Of a stretch of 64,000 bases of DNA, positions 28,782-38,781 are shown piece after piece. The stretch lies in the sequence record DRR378314_251; one strand, 5' to 3'. Numbering within the stretch: the first letter of the stretch is position 1; every line of letters starts with the position of its first letter. The notes under the pieces were generated by a model, which did no database searches, was not told the DNA's origin, and saw nothing but the letters and a program-made list of their open reading frames with translations. Position numbers and translations under genes: made by a program.

Positions 28782-29423
28782 TCAGCGGGAGACGCCGCCT
28801 GCCCGCTCCGCGCGGGCCAGTGTCTCGGTCATCTCCGCCACGGCCATGACAATATCAGATTTGACCGTACTTGGGGAGACGCCGAGCCGGGCCGCGATCT
28901 GCTTGTGGGAGAGGCGCTCGATCCGGTGCAGGCGCAGCGCTTCGCGGCGACGCTCCGGCAGGCCGGCCAGTGCCGCTTCGATCAGGGCCAATTGCTGGCG
29001 GGTTGCCAGCAGCGCCTCCGGGCTTGGCGTCGCCTCGCAGGCAAGCCGGCTGGCCTGGTCCTCGACCGGCTCCGACACCTTGGCGCGCCGGGTGTGGCCG
29101 GATTTGAGGTAATTGATCGAGAGATTGCGCACCATGGTGAAGAGGAGCGGTTTGAGATCCCTCGCCTCCCGGTCGGGATAGGCGCGCGCCGCGGCCAGGA
29201 AGGCGTCCTGGACCAGATCTTCAGCGTCGCTGGCATGGCGGATGCGGATGCGCGCAAACCGGACCAGCTCGGCGCGATGAGTGCGGTAGAGGTCGGTCAG
29301 GGCCGCGCTCGGTGCCGGAGCTTGCGGTCGCGCCGGTGCGCGGATCTCGGAACTGGCCTGCAGTGCAGGCCGGGACGCCCGGGTCAGAGGAATGAGGTTG
29401 GGGGTCAGGGCACGGTGGGTCAT
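28782..29423 (-). CDS. FecI-like ECF sigma factor
   Basis: Region 2 DAEDLVQDAFL; region 4 LPERRREALRLHRIERLSHKQIAARLGVSPSTVK; adjacent to fecR. Confidence 0.93.
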   Translation of the reverse strand: MTHRALTPNLIPLTRASRPALQASSEIRAPARPQAPAPSAALTDLYRTHRAELVRFARIRIRHASDAEDLVQDAFLAAARAYPDREARDLKPLLFTMVRNLSINYLKSGHTRRAKVSEPVEDQASRLACEATPSPEALLATRQQLALIEAALAGLPERRREALRLHRIERLSHKQIAARLGVSPSTVKSDIVMAVAEMTETLARAERAGGVSR

Positions 29424-29592
29424 GGGCGGGGTTGAAATCGGGACGCATGGCGCAGCATCGCGCCAAGAGAGGAACCAGAAGGAAACTTTTTCAACTATAG
29501 ATAACTTGTAGTTCTCATTTTTGAGAATGTAAAGTTCTCATTTCTCGTAAATTCAAGCGCGTTGAAAGTGACTGTCGCCGAAGGATTCGGCT

Positions 29593-29913
29593 ATGGAACT
29601 ACAACGTATATTCGGTGCCAATGTGAGAAACTATCGGCGCGCTGCCGGGTGGACACTAGAAGGATTGGCTGCAGAAGTCGGCGTGTCTCGCGAAACGATT
29701 GGCAAGATCGAACGAGGGACTGCTGCGCCGTTGTTCGATACGGTCGAGAAGATCGCGAACGCCCTATCGATATCTCCAGTTGAGTTGTTTGGCGCATCGC
29801 CAACGCCACCTGGAAATCGCGGTAAATTGTTGCGCCAAATTCAAACCAAACTTGCTGATATGAATGATCGGCAGCTCGCGCAAATTCTGAAAATCATGGA
29901 CGTTCTATCTTGA
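29593..29913 (+). CDS. Xre-family HTH regulator
   Basis: FGANVRNYRRAAGWTLEGLAAEVGVSRETIGKIERGTAAPLFDTVEKIANAL. Confidence 0.9.
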   Translation: MELQRIFGANVRNYRRAAGWTLEGLAAEVGVSRETIGKIERGTAAPLFDTVEKIANALSISPVELFGASPTPPGNRGKLLRQIQTKLADMNDRQLAQILKIMDVLS

Positions 29914-29999
29914 TCAAATATTCCATCATACGTACGGGTACGCCGTCCACTACAGGAAACATGTTGAGTAGGCCGTGGTAGTACGGCATCTTCTTCCCG

Positions 30000-31241
30000 T
30001 TAGGAGACGTCAATCTCGTTCGGATTAACACCGTAGACTTCTGACGCTACCGACTTGACGCTGATAGTCGCGCAACCTGACAGGCTTTCAAGAAATTCTA
30101 GAAACTCATTTCCAGTTGCCATTGAGAAGATACGCCCTCTGATCGGCAGGTCCGACTTCAACGGCTCCTCTGCTAGCAAGGCCGCGCATTCTCTGTCCAA
30201 GAACATTGCATCCACATACGGTCCATAGGCTGCTACGGCCTCAAAGTCGTTTAGGGCTCCGGGTGTAGGTAGTTTTGATTGACCATTGGCGTATCGGCGC
30301 GCCAGTGCAGCGAAAAGATATGCACTTATTCGGTGCGACGGTAATTCTTCGAGCCCTTCCCAACGCATAAAATCCACGAACTGTTGGCGATCTCTAGGAG
30401 ATGAATCGCTTCGATCTACATCAAACTTCGACATCAGCTGACGCATTAGGATGTTCACGCGGTGCGTATCCGCTGACATCGTGCCGTCGACATCTCCGGC
30501 ATTCATTGCATTGATACGACGTTCGTTAACTTCAGCATATGTTCTGGCCAGAGTAGCCCCCCAACCTTTTAATTCAATTTGGAGCTGGCGTTTGAAGTTC
30601 GGCTTAATTTTTTGCCATTCCCGAACAAGATCCGTAAACGCACCGGATCCGTTTTCTCGACGACGCCGGACTTCATCTGCGAACACGCCAAAGTCCATGT
30701 TGGTTGTGATGTGCATATCGGGAAGCCAAACATTGCGTTCATCTTCCAAGATTTCATCCACATCGAAACTAAGTTTGGGTACACCGAGTCCTTGCTTGAA
30801 CGCATCTGCAAAAGTAAAAAATTGTTTTGCCTCAATTTCATCCGTGTCAAGAAAGGAAACATCACCGCCGATCAGTTCGCAGGCTTGGCGAAGCTCAGTG
30901 GAACGGTTGAAAACCATCGTCTCTTGAAAATGTATGTTAGATGTTGGGCAAACGACTTGCTGCAACAATACAGCTTGCTCCAACGCGTTTTGCGCGCGCT
31001 CCCAAAACTCCTGGCTAGGGGCCGACGCCCGCCGAGTGCCTGACTTAACCTTAAATAGTTCGCTGAACGCAAACTGATCTAGATAGATCACCTTCTTGTC
31101 TAGCTGTGGAAGAGGCTCATGCACCGAATGCCGGCAGGCTTTGCATCGGCGAGTTAGCATGGTTCCCCCAACCGACAGTATGCCGAGGCAATCCGTTCGG
31201 CCGCAACTGGGGCAGTCTTTGAAAGGGCCGCGCTCAAACAT
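30000..31241 (-). CDS. Hypothetical protein: N-terminal Zn-ribbon + PIN-like domain
   Basis: CPSC...CKAC, followed by VIYLDQFAF and later NDFEAVAAYGPYVDAMFLD (PIN-like acidic pattern). Confidence 0.6.
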   Translation of the reverse strand: MFERGPFKDCPSCGRTDCLGILSVGGTMLTRRCKACRHSVHEPLPQLDKKVIYLDQFAFSELFKVKSGTRRASAPSQEFWERAQNALEQAVLLQQVVCPTSNIHFQETMVFNRSTELRQACELIGGDVSFLDTDEIEAKQFFTFADAFKQGLGVPKLSFDVDEILEDERNVWLPDMHITTNMDFGVFADEVRRRRENGSGAFTDLVREWQKIKPNFKRQLQIELKGWGATLARTYAEVNERRINAMNAGDVDGTMSADTHRVNILMRQLMSKFDVDRSDSSPRDRQQFVDFMRWEGLEELPSHRISAYLFAALARRYANGQSKLPTPGALNDFEAVAAYGPYVDAMFLDRECAALLAEEPLKSDLPIRGRIFSMATGNEFLEFLESLSGCATISVKSVASEVYGVNPNEIDVS

Positions 31242-31373
31242 GGCCTAGAGTATCACACTTGACTGAGCTGGTTCACCAAAAAGTTATGTCCGGTTTTGCC
31301 CCCGCAGCAGACTGTGTCAGCGTCTTGCATGGGATGATCTTGGGCTGTTCTTGAATGAGACACGACGCGAACG

Positions 31374-31402
31374 TTGACGCGTTTACTCTCGCGCGATAGG
31401 CA
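31374..31402 (+). promoter_or_regulatory. Putative sigma70 promoter of the trp leader
   Basis: TTGACG-17 nt-TAGGCA. The predicted +1 falls at about the leader ATG (31409), so the mRNA would be leaderless. Confidence 0.55.
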
Positions 31403-31408
31403 GCATTC

Positions 31409-31456
31409 ATGAGTATACAGGGTAATACAAACTTCGCTTGGTGGCACATCCGATAA
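31409..31456 (+). CDS. trpL: Trp-rich leader peptide MSIQGNTNFAWWHIR
   Basis: 15-aa ORF with tandem TGG TGG near its end, upstream of trpS and followed by alternative hairpins. Confidence 0.85.
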   Translation: MSIQGNTNFAWWHIR

Positions 31457-31486
31457 TCGGGTGGCCCAGCTTTCATATTCCAGAAT

Positions 31487-31514
31487 GGGTCGCCGCATGA
31501 GCGGCCTTTTTTTT
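31487..31514 (+). terminator. Attenuator terminator hairpin + U-tract
   Basis: GGGTCGC-CGCATGA-GCGGCCT followed by a T run (8 T at 31507-31514), between the leader peptide and trpS. Confidence 0.85.
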
Positions 31515-31556
31515 GTTTCCTCTCCTGCGGTGCCCCCACATATCCAGGAGACTTCA

Positions 31557-32558
31557 GTGTCACATCCCATCCTCCTCACCGGCGATCGCACAACCGGCCC
31601 GCTTCATCTGGGGCATTATGCCGGATCCCTCAGGAACCGGTTGAAATATCAGGACACGCACAGGCAATTCGTGATGCTCGCCGACACGCAGGCCCTGACT
31701 GACAATATCGGGAATATCGGCAAGGTCCGGGAGAGCGTGCTCGACGTGGCGATGGATTATCTTGCCGTCGGCATTGATCCTGACAAGACGACCATCTGCG
31801 TGCAGTCGCATCTGCCCGCCCTGGCCGAGCTCTCATTGCTGTATCTCAATTTCGTGTCGGTCGGGCGATTGCAGCGGAATCCCACCGTCAAGGAAGAAGT
31901 GCGCGCGCGAGGCTTTGAACAGAGCATCCCGGCTGGCTTCCTGTGCTATCCTGCGTCTCAGGCAGCTGATATCACGGCCTTCAGGGCAACGCTTGTGCCA
32001 GTGGGCGAAGACCAGATTCCGATGATTGAGCAGACCAATGAAATCATTCGCAGAGTGAATTCGCTTGCCGGTCGCCCCCTGCTCGAAGAGATCGAAGCGA
32101 TTGTACCAAAGACGGGCCGGCTGCCGGGGGTGGATGGCGCGTCCAAGATGAGCAAGTCTGCCGGCAATGCGATAAGACTGTCGGCAAGTCCGGCTGAAAT
32201 CTCGGCGGCCGTAAATGCGATGTACACAGACCCAAATCACCTCAGGGTGCAGGATCCCGGGCAGGTCGAAGGCCATGTCGTGTTCACCTATCTCGAGGCC
32301 TTCCATGATGATGCCGAGGAAGTGGAAGCGTTGAAGGCGCATTATCGCCGCGGCGGCCTCGGAGACGTGACACTGAAGAAGCGCCTTGAGGGGATCTTGC
32401 AGGATTTTCTGGAACCCATCCGGGACCGCCGCGCCCGGCTTGAACAGGATCTGGACTATATTCGCGATATCCTCCGTGACGGCACGCAGACAGCGCGCGA
32501 CGTGACAGAACAGACGAAATCCGAGATTTATGACGGGCTCGGACTGTTCAGGCTGTGA
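31557..32558 (+). CDS. trpS: Tryptophanyl-tRNA synthetase (probably the auxiliary TrpRS II type)
   Basis: TGDRTTGPLHLGHY (HIGH), YPASQAADI, VPVGEDQ, KMSKS. GTG start after RBS AGGAG. Confidence 0.95.
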   Translation: MSHPILLTGDRTTGPLHLGHYAGSLRNRLKYQDTHRQFVMLADTQALTDNIGNIGKVRESVLDVAMDYLAVGIDPDKTTICVQSHLPALAELSLLYLNFVSVGRLQRNPTVKEEVRARGFEQSIPAGFLCYPASQAADITAFRATLVPVGEDQIPMIEQTNEIIRRVNSLAGRPLLEEIEAIVPKTGRLPGVDGASKMSKSAGNAIRLSASPAEISAAVNAMYTDPNHLRVQDPGQVEGHVVFTYLEAFHDDAEEVEALKAHYRRGGLGDVTLKKRLEGILQDFLEPIRDRRARLEQDLDYIRDILRDGTQTARDVTEQTKSEIYDGLGLFRL

Positions 32559-32607
32559 ACGGGCAGTGGATGCCTTCTTCTAAGCCCTTGGCAGCTGCCT
32601 ACGAAGC

Positions 32608-33324
32608 TTACACCACGCACTCCCGAACGACGTCTTCTACAGAAACGAAACGGGCGAGACGGTCCAGTTCGGCATGGAGCTTGTTGGTTCTGGTGTCGGA
32701 CCATCTTATGCCGGGTTCTGGCCAGAAATTCTGGACAATGAGTGTGCCGGCCTTGCGGTCTGCCTTGAGATCGATGCGGCCGACAAACCGGTCGCCTTCG
32801 AGCAATGGATAGACATAATAACCCCAGCGCCTCTTGGATGCCGGGACGAACATCTCGATGCGGTAGTCAAAGCCGAATAATCTCTCAAGCCTTGTCCGGT
32901 CACGGATGACCGGATCGAACGGGTTCAGAATGCGCAGCCGACGGGTCGGAGCGGGTGCGCTGTCGAGGCGGACTTCAATGTCTCCGGGCGCCAGCGCCGG
33001 GCGGAGCGATCCGTCCGCACCCTCGATCTCGACCGGGACCAATTCGCCGACATGTTGTTCGGTCCATTGTTTTGCCTCTTGTGAACTGACGGCGTCCCAG
33101 AAGCGCTGGATGTCGCCTTCACTGCCAAACGCCATCCGGTCCAGCGCGCCGCGGCACAGCCAGTCGATCTGGTCTGTGTCGGGGATGTCCTGCTCGCGCA
33201 AGCCCGACGGAATGACCCGTTTGGCCAGATCCTGGAATTTGGTGAAATTCTTGCGATGGGCGGTCGCCAGTTCCCCGGAATACCACATGTAATCAAGTGC
33301 CAGCTTGTGCGGCGGGCGAGCCCA
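32608..33324 (-). pseudogene. ycaQ: C-terminal part of a YcaQ/AlkZ-family crosslink-repair DNA glycosylase
   Basis: WARPPHKLALDYMWYSG...ILNPFDPVIRDRTRLERLFGFDYRIEMFVPASKRRWGYYVYPLLEGDRFVGRID. An in-frame stop lies just upstream, with no proper N-terminus. Confidence 0.85.
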
Positions 33325-33398
33325 AGGACCCCGAACCCATCATCGATAACAGCCCCAAGATGGTCCGGTACTGGTGGAATCGGCTTGGCCCGATGTTT
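33325..33398 (+). mobile_element. Short decayed IS6-family transposase remnant
   Basis: Translates EPIIDNSPKMVRYWWNRLGPMF, resembling the ERGIDxxHETVRxWWNRFGPMF segment of alphaproteobacterial IS6 transposases. Sits at the ycaQ breakpoint. Confidence 0.6.
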
Positions 33399-33564
33399 TA
33401 TTGACCTTTTGCATCCACTCAAACATGGGCTGGATCTGCAACCATCATCGCAGACCAGATAGCAAGCCTGCCGACGCCAATGTCGGATATCTAGGCCCAT
33501 AGTCTCGAGAAACATTGAGCTTGGTCGTCGTCGTACAAATTTTTGCAGGTTTTCTCGACCCGCT

Positions 33565-35034
33565 TCACTCGGCACTTTCAGGAAAATATTCCAGCGCTCG
33601 TTCTGATTCTGCGACGGCCTGCGTCGGCAGGATGAGCCCAACCGCCAGCAACTCGTCAATCGTCGCATTCCACCTCTCAAGAAACGCTTCGCGGCTGCCA
33701 TGTATGTCCAGCATTCGGGCAACGTCGAATAGCTCGCTAGTGCCCAGCAGGGTTGCTTGAGGCCAGCCCGCTGAGTGCGTGCCGGTCACGGCTTCCAGTT
33801 CAGGGAGACGGATGCCTCCTTTTACGTTCCCGAATTCATCCAGAACATATTGGCGGCGGCCGGAGGTTGCGTCGATAGCTATCCGCTCGAACGCAGGCGG
33901 CGCCTCGCCGGTCTTTGCCCAGCGCGCAATGTATCGGATCCCAGCATCCTTCACGTAATCCCATTCAACCACGTTTCTCCCGGTTGGCGGCTCATCATCT
34001 ATTCCGTCCCGTTCAGAGGCCAGCATCTTGGCTCCGATGGTCGAGGGTGGTGTATGCGGCGCGCCTGCGATTTCCCACAGCCGGTAGCTCTCATCATCTG
34101 ATTGCCGCGCCGCGTAGTGCGTCAGGGATTCTGCCTGGGTATCGATAACCAGCACTGGCGCATCCTCAGGGGCATTGATCTGGGTCCAGTATGCATTTGC
34201 ACCGCCATTCGCAGCGTCAAACAATTCAGGCAGGCTGAGCTCGTTCAAGGGTGAGGCAATTCCAAAGTGCGCCAAAAGCAGGAAACCGTCGAACAGCTGG
34301 TCATGCTGATGTGCAGCATTGATGTACGATGCAAGCCGAAGGGCCGACTGCGACCCGCCAACAGCGATCACAGCTTCGGTTTCCAGGTCAGCGAGCGGAC
34401 CTTCTGCCCCATCCTGGGATGCGCTGAGCGCTGCGGACACCGATTGCGCGAAGATGTCATATGAAAACGCATCGCCAGGATGTTCCAGCGAGCCATACCG
34501 CTCTGCGTCCCATTCCACTAGCGAATAAGGACGGCTGGCAGGCGTGCCATAGATTCCATTGTACTGCGCCGACACAGCCATCCAGGCATAGCCACTGAAT
34601 ATCTCGTCACCGCTCGGCCAGCCATTCTCGTATCCCGCTGACACGTTCTGCCAGTGTGCGAGAAGCACGCCATTATAGTCTTGCGGGTCCGACGGGCGCA
34701 GCACGAATATTCGGGTTGTGAATGGCGCCGTTTCGTCAATCTCGGTCGACCATGCGCCGTCGAACTGCGCTTCCGCGCCTTCAGCAAAACGGTACGAATG
34801 TGCATCGCCTGAAATAAAGTACTCTTCGATAACGTATCCAAGCGCTTCAGGGTCAAGAACCGGAGAACGGTAGATCCAACCTTTGGAGCCGCCAGTAATC
34901 GGTCCGGCCACTGTCGGGCCGGTATTATCAACTATATCTGCAGATGGTTTGGCGCATGCTACAACGGCGGCGAGTGTTGCGATCGCCAAAGCCGCGCCGC
35001 TGCAGAAATGGCGAAAATTGAATAAAACGGTCAT
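33565..35034 (-). CDS. Alpha/beta-hydrolase-domain lipoprotein
   Basis: Lipobox-like AVVAC; GYVIEEYFISG, GGSQSA nucleophile elbow, WEIAGAPH, GNVKGGIRLP. Confidence 0.75.
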   Translation of the reverse strand: MTVLFNFRHFCSGAALAIATLAAVVACAKPSADIVDNTGPTVAGPITGGSKGWIYRSPVLDPEALGYVIEEYFISGDAHSYRFAEGAEAQFDGAWSTEIDETAPFTTRIFVLRPSDPQDYNGVLLAHWQNVSAGYENGWPSGDEIFSGYAWMAVSAQYNGIYGTPASRPYSLVEWDAERYGSLEHPGDAFSYDIFAQSVSAALSASQDGAEGPLADLETEAVIAVGGSQSALRLASYINAAHQHDQLFDGFLLLAHFGIASPLNELSLPELFDAANGGANAYWTQINAPEDAPVLVIDTQAESLTHYAARQSDDESYRLWEIAGAPHTPPSTIGAKMLASERDGIDDEPPTGRNVVEWDYVKDAGIRYIARWAKTGEAPPAFERIAIDATSGRRQYVLDEFGNVKGGIRLPELEAVTGTHSAGWPQATLLGTSELFDVARMLDIHGSREAFLERWNATIDELLAVGLILPTQAVAESERALEYFPESAE

Positions 35035-35185
35035 GCGATACTCCTATCGAGGTCTCTAAATGCTGTCACACTCGGTTCGCGGGATGACCTGGAAAGCGAC
35101 CTCATGGACGGGCCAAAAAAGGGTGCTGCTCTAACGAGCAGCACCCAAGGCTACCGGAAGTGGGAGGAAACGCTCCGGAGCATGA

Positions 35186-37465
35186 TCAGAAGCTGGCGCC
35201 GAAACGGATGCCGACATAACGCTGATGATCACGCGGTACGTACTGGAAGGTGATGCCACCAAACGTACCCAGCTGGGATATCGACGTGACGTAGTGTTCG
35301 TCGAGCACGTTATTGACGAAGACGGAAGCGTTGTAGCGACCTTCCTTGTCTTCAATGCCCACAGCCACATTCACAATTGTCCGGGAATCTTCCCGCTCAT
35401 CAGGACTTTGGTCGAGTGAGAACAGAATCTCATCCTGCCAGTAGCCGCTGGCCTGCACGAAGCCGTCGAATGGCATCGACGCGAATGGGATGCGCTGGCG
35501 ACCGAAGAACGTGAAACGCAGGTCTGGAGAGTAAGGCAGTTCAGCGCCGGCCAGGTCCTGATTTCCGTTGATGCAGCCTTGCGCCACAGTCTGTCCGGTA
35601 AAGCAAGGACCTGCAGGAAAGGACTCAATCTTCGCGTCAATCAGCGCAAAGCCAAGGCTGATATCGGTGAGGTCGGTTGGCCGACCGAAGAATTCACCCT
35701 CCAGACCTTCTGTCGAGACATCACCGGCATTGATAAGCACGGTCGCAATCTCACCCGGCAGCTGGGCCTGGGACTGGAAGTTCTTGAAATCAGTATGGAA
35801 CGCCGCAAAGTTTGCCCCCCACCGACCATCAGAGGACGTCAATTTCAAACCAACTTCAAATGCATCCGACTCTTCCGCGTCAACCGGCTCCTCGTCCTGG
35901 ATCGACGCAAATGCAACCGTCGTGGACTTGCCTTTATAGCCACGCGAATAACTGGCATAGGCGTTGATATAATCGCTGAAAGCGTGCCGCAAACCGATAT
36001 TGCCGACGACCGCCGTATCGCTCACACCGCCTTTGAAATCAGCCAGTGTGCCTTGAACGCCGCCAAGCGAGAGATCACCCGGGACGAGCACATTCGTCGG
36101 ATCGCGGAAACCGGTCCAGTCGACGTCTTCGGTCAGGATTCTCGCGCCACCAAACAGCGACGTCTGATCCGTGAAGTAGTAATTGCCGCTGGCAAAGGCC
36201 GCATAGTATGTGTTCTCTACCGTGCCGTCGAACTGACCGGACTGGGCAATAGTCGCGGTCGGCAGGGCAATTTCGAGACGGCGCTCGAAGTGGCGCGTCA
36301 GATCAAGATAGTAGGCGAAAGCGCCAATCAGGAAATCGTAATTCCCCATGTCCGGTGACGCGAGGCGGATCTCCTGCGTGTACTGGTCAAGGCTGGTTGC
36401 ACCGCTGTTCAGATCGAAAGTTATCAGTCCGCCCGGCAGAGGATCTTCGTTCGACAGACCGTCGACATCGAGATTGTTCGCAAAGTCCCAGGACCGCCAG
36501 GCCGATACCGATGTCAGCGTGAAGTCATTGTCAAACGTGTATTCCGCCTTGGCCGACAGGCCGGCCTGCTCCGTCGTCGCAAAGCTCTCTGCATTGTTTC
36601 TGACTGCAGTGTTGAATTCGCCTGGAACGATTGGAGAAAGCTGTTCGATATACGCAGGATTGTTCGCTGCGCGCATGGTTACCACTGGCTCTGTTTCGGA
36701 CTCTCGGTAGTCAGCGATAAGTGTGACCATGAGCTTTGAGCTCGGATCAAACTGAAGCTTGCCGCGCAAACCCCAGCTTTCGCTGCCGTCAAGTCGTTCT
36801 CCATTCGCCACGTTTCGAATGTGACCGTCATAGTCCTTGGTGAAGGCGCTCAGACGGAAACCAACGGTGTCCGACAAAGGCCCGGACAAAGTTCCGCGCA
36901 CGGCATAAGCAGTGTCTTCTTCGGCAAGCTCGACATCGAAACCACCGGTAAGCTGGTCGCTCGGCGCCTTGGTCGTGACCGAAACCACACCGGCAGACGC
37001 GTTCTTGCCGAACAGCGTGCTTTGAGGACCGCGCAGGACCTCAATCCGCTCCACATCGATCAGATCCTGAAAACCCTGTCCGGAACGCGCCATCAGGACA
37101 TCATCGATAACGATCGAAACAGATGGCTCGACTGCCGAGGAGAAGACCGACGTGCCCAGTCCACGAATGCTGACCGAGCTGTTGGATTCATTGTTGCCTT
37201 TAAGGAGCGTCAGGCTCGGCGTCAGATCCGAGAGCGCATCCATGGAACTGGTCCCGGTTGATTCCAGCAAATCGGACGAGACGACTGAAACGGCAACAGG
37301 AACTTCCTGCAGAGTCTGCTCGCGCTTGGTGGCCGTGACTGTCACGGTGGACAGTGTTCGTGCGCCGTCTTCTTCCTGTGCCACCGCAGCAGGCACGAGG
37401 CTGATAGCACTGAATGCCCCAATGAGCGCAAAGCTGGATACATTGTAGATAAATTTCGACTTCAT
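35186..37465 (-). CDS. TonB-dependent receptor
   Basis: Signal peptide, TVTVTATKRE, ERIEVLRGPQSTLFGKNASAG, terminal Phe. Confidence 0.93.
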   Translation of the reverse strand: MKSKFIYNVSSFALIGAFSAISLVPAAVAQEEDGARTLSTVTVTATKREQTLQEVPVAVSVVSSDLLESTGTSSMDALSDLTPSLTLLKGNNESNSSVSIRGLGTSVFSSAVEPSVSIVIDDVLMARSGQGFQDLIDVERIEVLRGPQSTLFGKNASAGVVSVTTKAPSDQLTGGFDVELAEEDTAYAVRGTLSGPLSDTVGFRLSAFTKDYDGHIRNVANGERLDGSESWGLRGKLQFDPSSKLMVTLIADYRESETEPVVTMRAANNPAYIEQLSPIVPGEFNTAVRNNAESFATTEQAGLSAKAEYTFDNDFTLTSVSAWRSWDFANNLDVDGLSNEDPLPGGLITFDLNSGATSLDQYTQEIRLASPDMGNYDFLIGAFAYYLDLTRHFERRLEIALPTATIAQSGQFDGTVENTYYAAFASGNYYFTDQTSLFGGARILTEDVDWTGFRDPTNVLVPGDLSLGGVQGTLADFKGGVSDTAVVGNIGLRHAFSDYINAYASYSRGYKGKSTTVAFASIQDEEPVDAEESDAFEVGLKLTSSDGRWGANFAAFHTDFKNFQSQAQLPGEIATVLINAGDVSTEGLEGEFFGRPTDLTDISLGFALIDAKIESFPAGPCFTGQTVAQGCINGNQDLAGAELPYSPDLRFTFFGRQRIPFASMPFDGFVQASGYWQDEILFSLDQSPDEREDSRTIVNVAVGIEDKEGRYNASVFVNNVLDEHYVTSISQLGTFGGITFQYVPRDHQRYVGIRFGASF

Positions 37466-37801
37466 GATTTCCTCCCGCGGTCCGGCTTTGAGTTATGCCG
37501 ATCCTGTCGAGCGGGAAATTCAGACCGTCGAGTTCAATTGTCAAGCGAATTTTTTTATTTTTATAAAAAATGAAAATTTTCAATCATTATTGATTTTGAA
37601 ATTTTTCTGCGCGACTAATTCTACCTACAATGCGTCGTAACCAACATGGCCCGCAACAAGATTACAAATACAGAAGCTTATCAATTTCATATCCGGCGCG
37701 CTTTCGAAGGCACTTCACAATGGCCTGATCGTGACGCCCACCTCATTTGCACCGGAGCGATCATTCCGAAACTCAAAGCTCGGTGCTAACGGACGAGAAT
37801 T

Positions 37802-38632
37802 ATGTCAGCAAAAACCGCAGAAGAGCTCCGGCTCCAGATCAAGAAAGAATATGACGGCTTCAGCAAGCAGCTGCGGATTGTCGCGCAATATATTCTAGAC
37901 CACCCCAGTGAAATGGGGCTCGAGACAGTCAGCGTCGTTGCAGACAGAATGGGTGTTCAGCCATCAACCGTGGTGCGCCTCGCCAAGGCGTTAGGCTTTG
38001 ATGGAGCATCGCAGCTTCAGCGCCTCTTCAAAGACGAAGTCGTCAGCAGCGCCGGCGCACTCGGCTACAAGGAACGCATCAGGCAGTACCAGTCCGCTCC
38101 GGATAAGAAAGCGGCCGGAGAAGTGTCCAGCGTATTGGATGAGGCGCTCGAGTGCAGCGTCCTGGGCCTCGAAGACCTTCGTCATTCGATGAACCCGGAC
38201 GATATCGGCAAGGCGGTTACTCTAATGCAGGCCGCCGAAACGATTTATGTCGCCGGCTTCCAGAGGTCTTTCCCGGTCGCCGCCTACCTTTCCTATGCTT
38301 TGCAGCGACTACGGAAGAATATCGTTTTCATCGACGGCACTGGTGGCCTCTACGAACGCCAGCTGGGCTTTGCGTCCGGGAAGGACCTGCTGATGGCGAT
38401 CGGCTTCAATCCCTATTCCGATCAGATCATTGCAACACTGGATCAGGCCAGGCGGAATGGTGTGAGGGTTCTCGGTGTGAGTGACAGCCATGTCAGCCCT
38501 GTCGTCGTGGGGTCTGACGCACCTTTTATCGTGCACGACCCGGTCGTCCGGGGCTTCCGCACGCTGACCTCCTCCATGACGCTCGCGCAGGCGCTCGTCC
38601 TAGCCTACGCCTTCAACGACACCGCCAATTAG
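37802..38632 (+). CDS. iolR: RpiR/MurR-family regulator (IolR-like)
   Basis: HTH VQPSTVVRLAKALGFDG plus SIS domain; lies directly upstream of iolC. Confidence 0.85.
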   Translation: MSAKTAEELRLQIKKEYDGFSKQLRIVAQYILDHPSEMGLETVSVVADRMGVQPSTVVRLAKALGFDGASQLQRLFKDEVVSSAGALGYKERIRQYQSAPDKKAAGEVSSVLDEALECSVLGLEDLRHSMNPDDIGKAVTLMQAAETIYVAGFQRSFPVAAYLSYALQRLRKNIVFIDGTGGLYERQLGFASGKDLLMAIGFNPYSDQIIATLDQARRNGVRVLGVSDSHVSPVVVGSDAPFIVHDPVVRGFRTLTSSMTLAQALVLAYAFNDTAN

Positions 38633-38781
38633 TTACGTTCGCGTTTGCATCAGCTACGCTTTATCGGGGCTTCCCGGGCCGCTTTCTTTGCATTCGCAGG
38701 GAAATATCGAAACGTGGATTGAAATATTTTTTTCATCGAGATACACAATAAAAAAAATGTATCTTTGAGGGAACGTTCACG

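Noticed and set aside
31461-31556. N-terminal extension of TrpRS in the ORF track
   Set aside because: It runs through the attenuator hairpins; the RBS supports GTG 31557.
32925-33722. 265-aa minus-strand ORF bridging the hydrolase and ycaQ
   Set aside because: Out of frame with both real genes and crosses the island junction.
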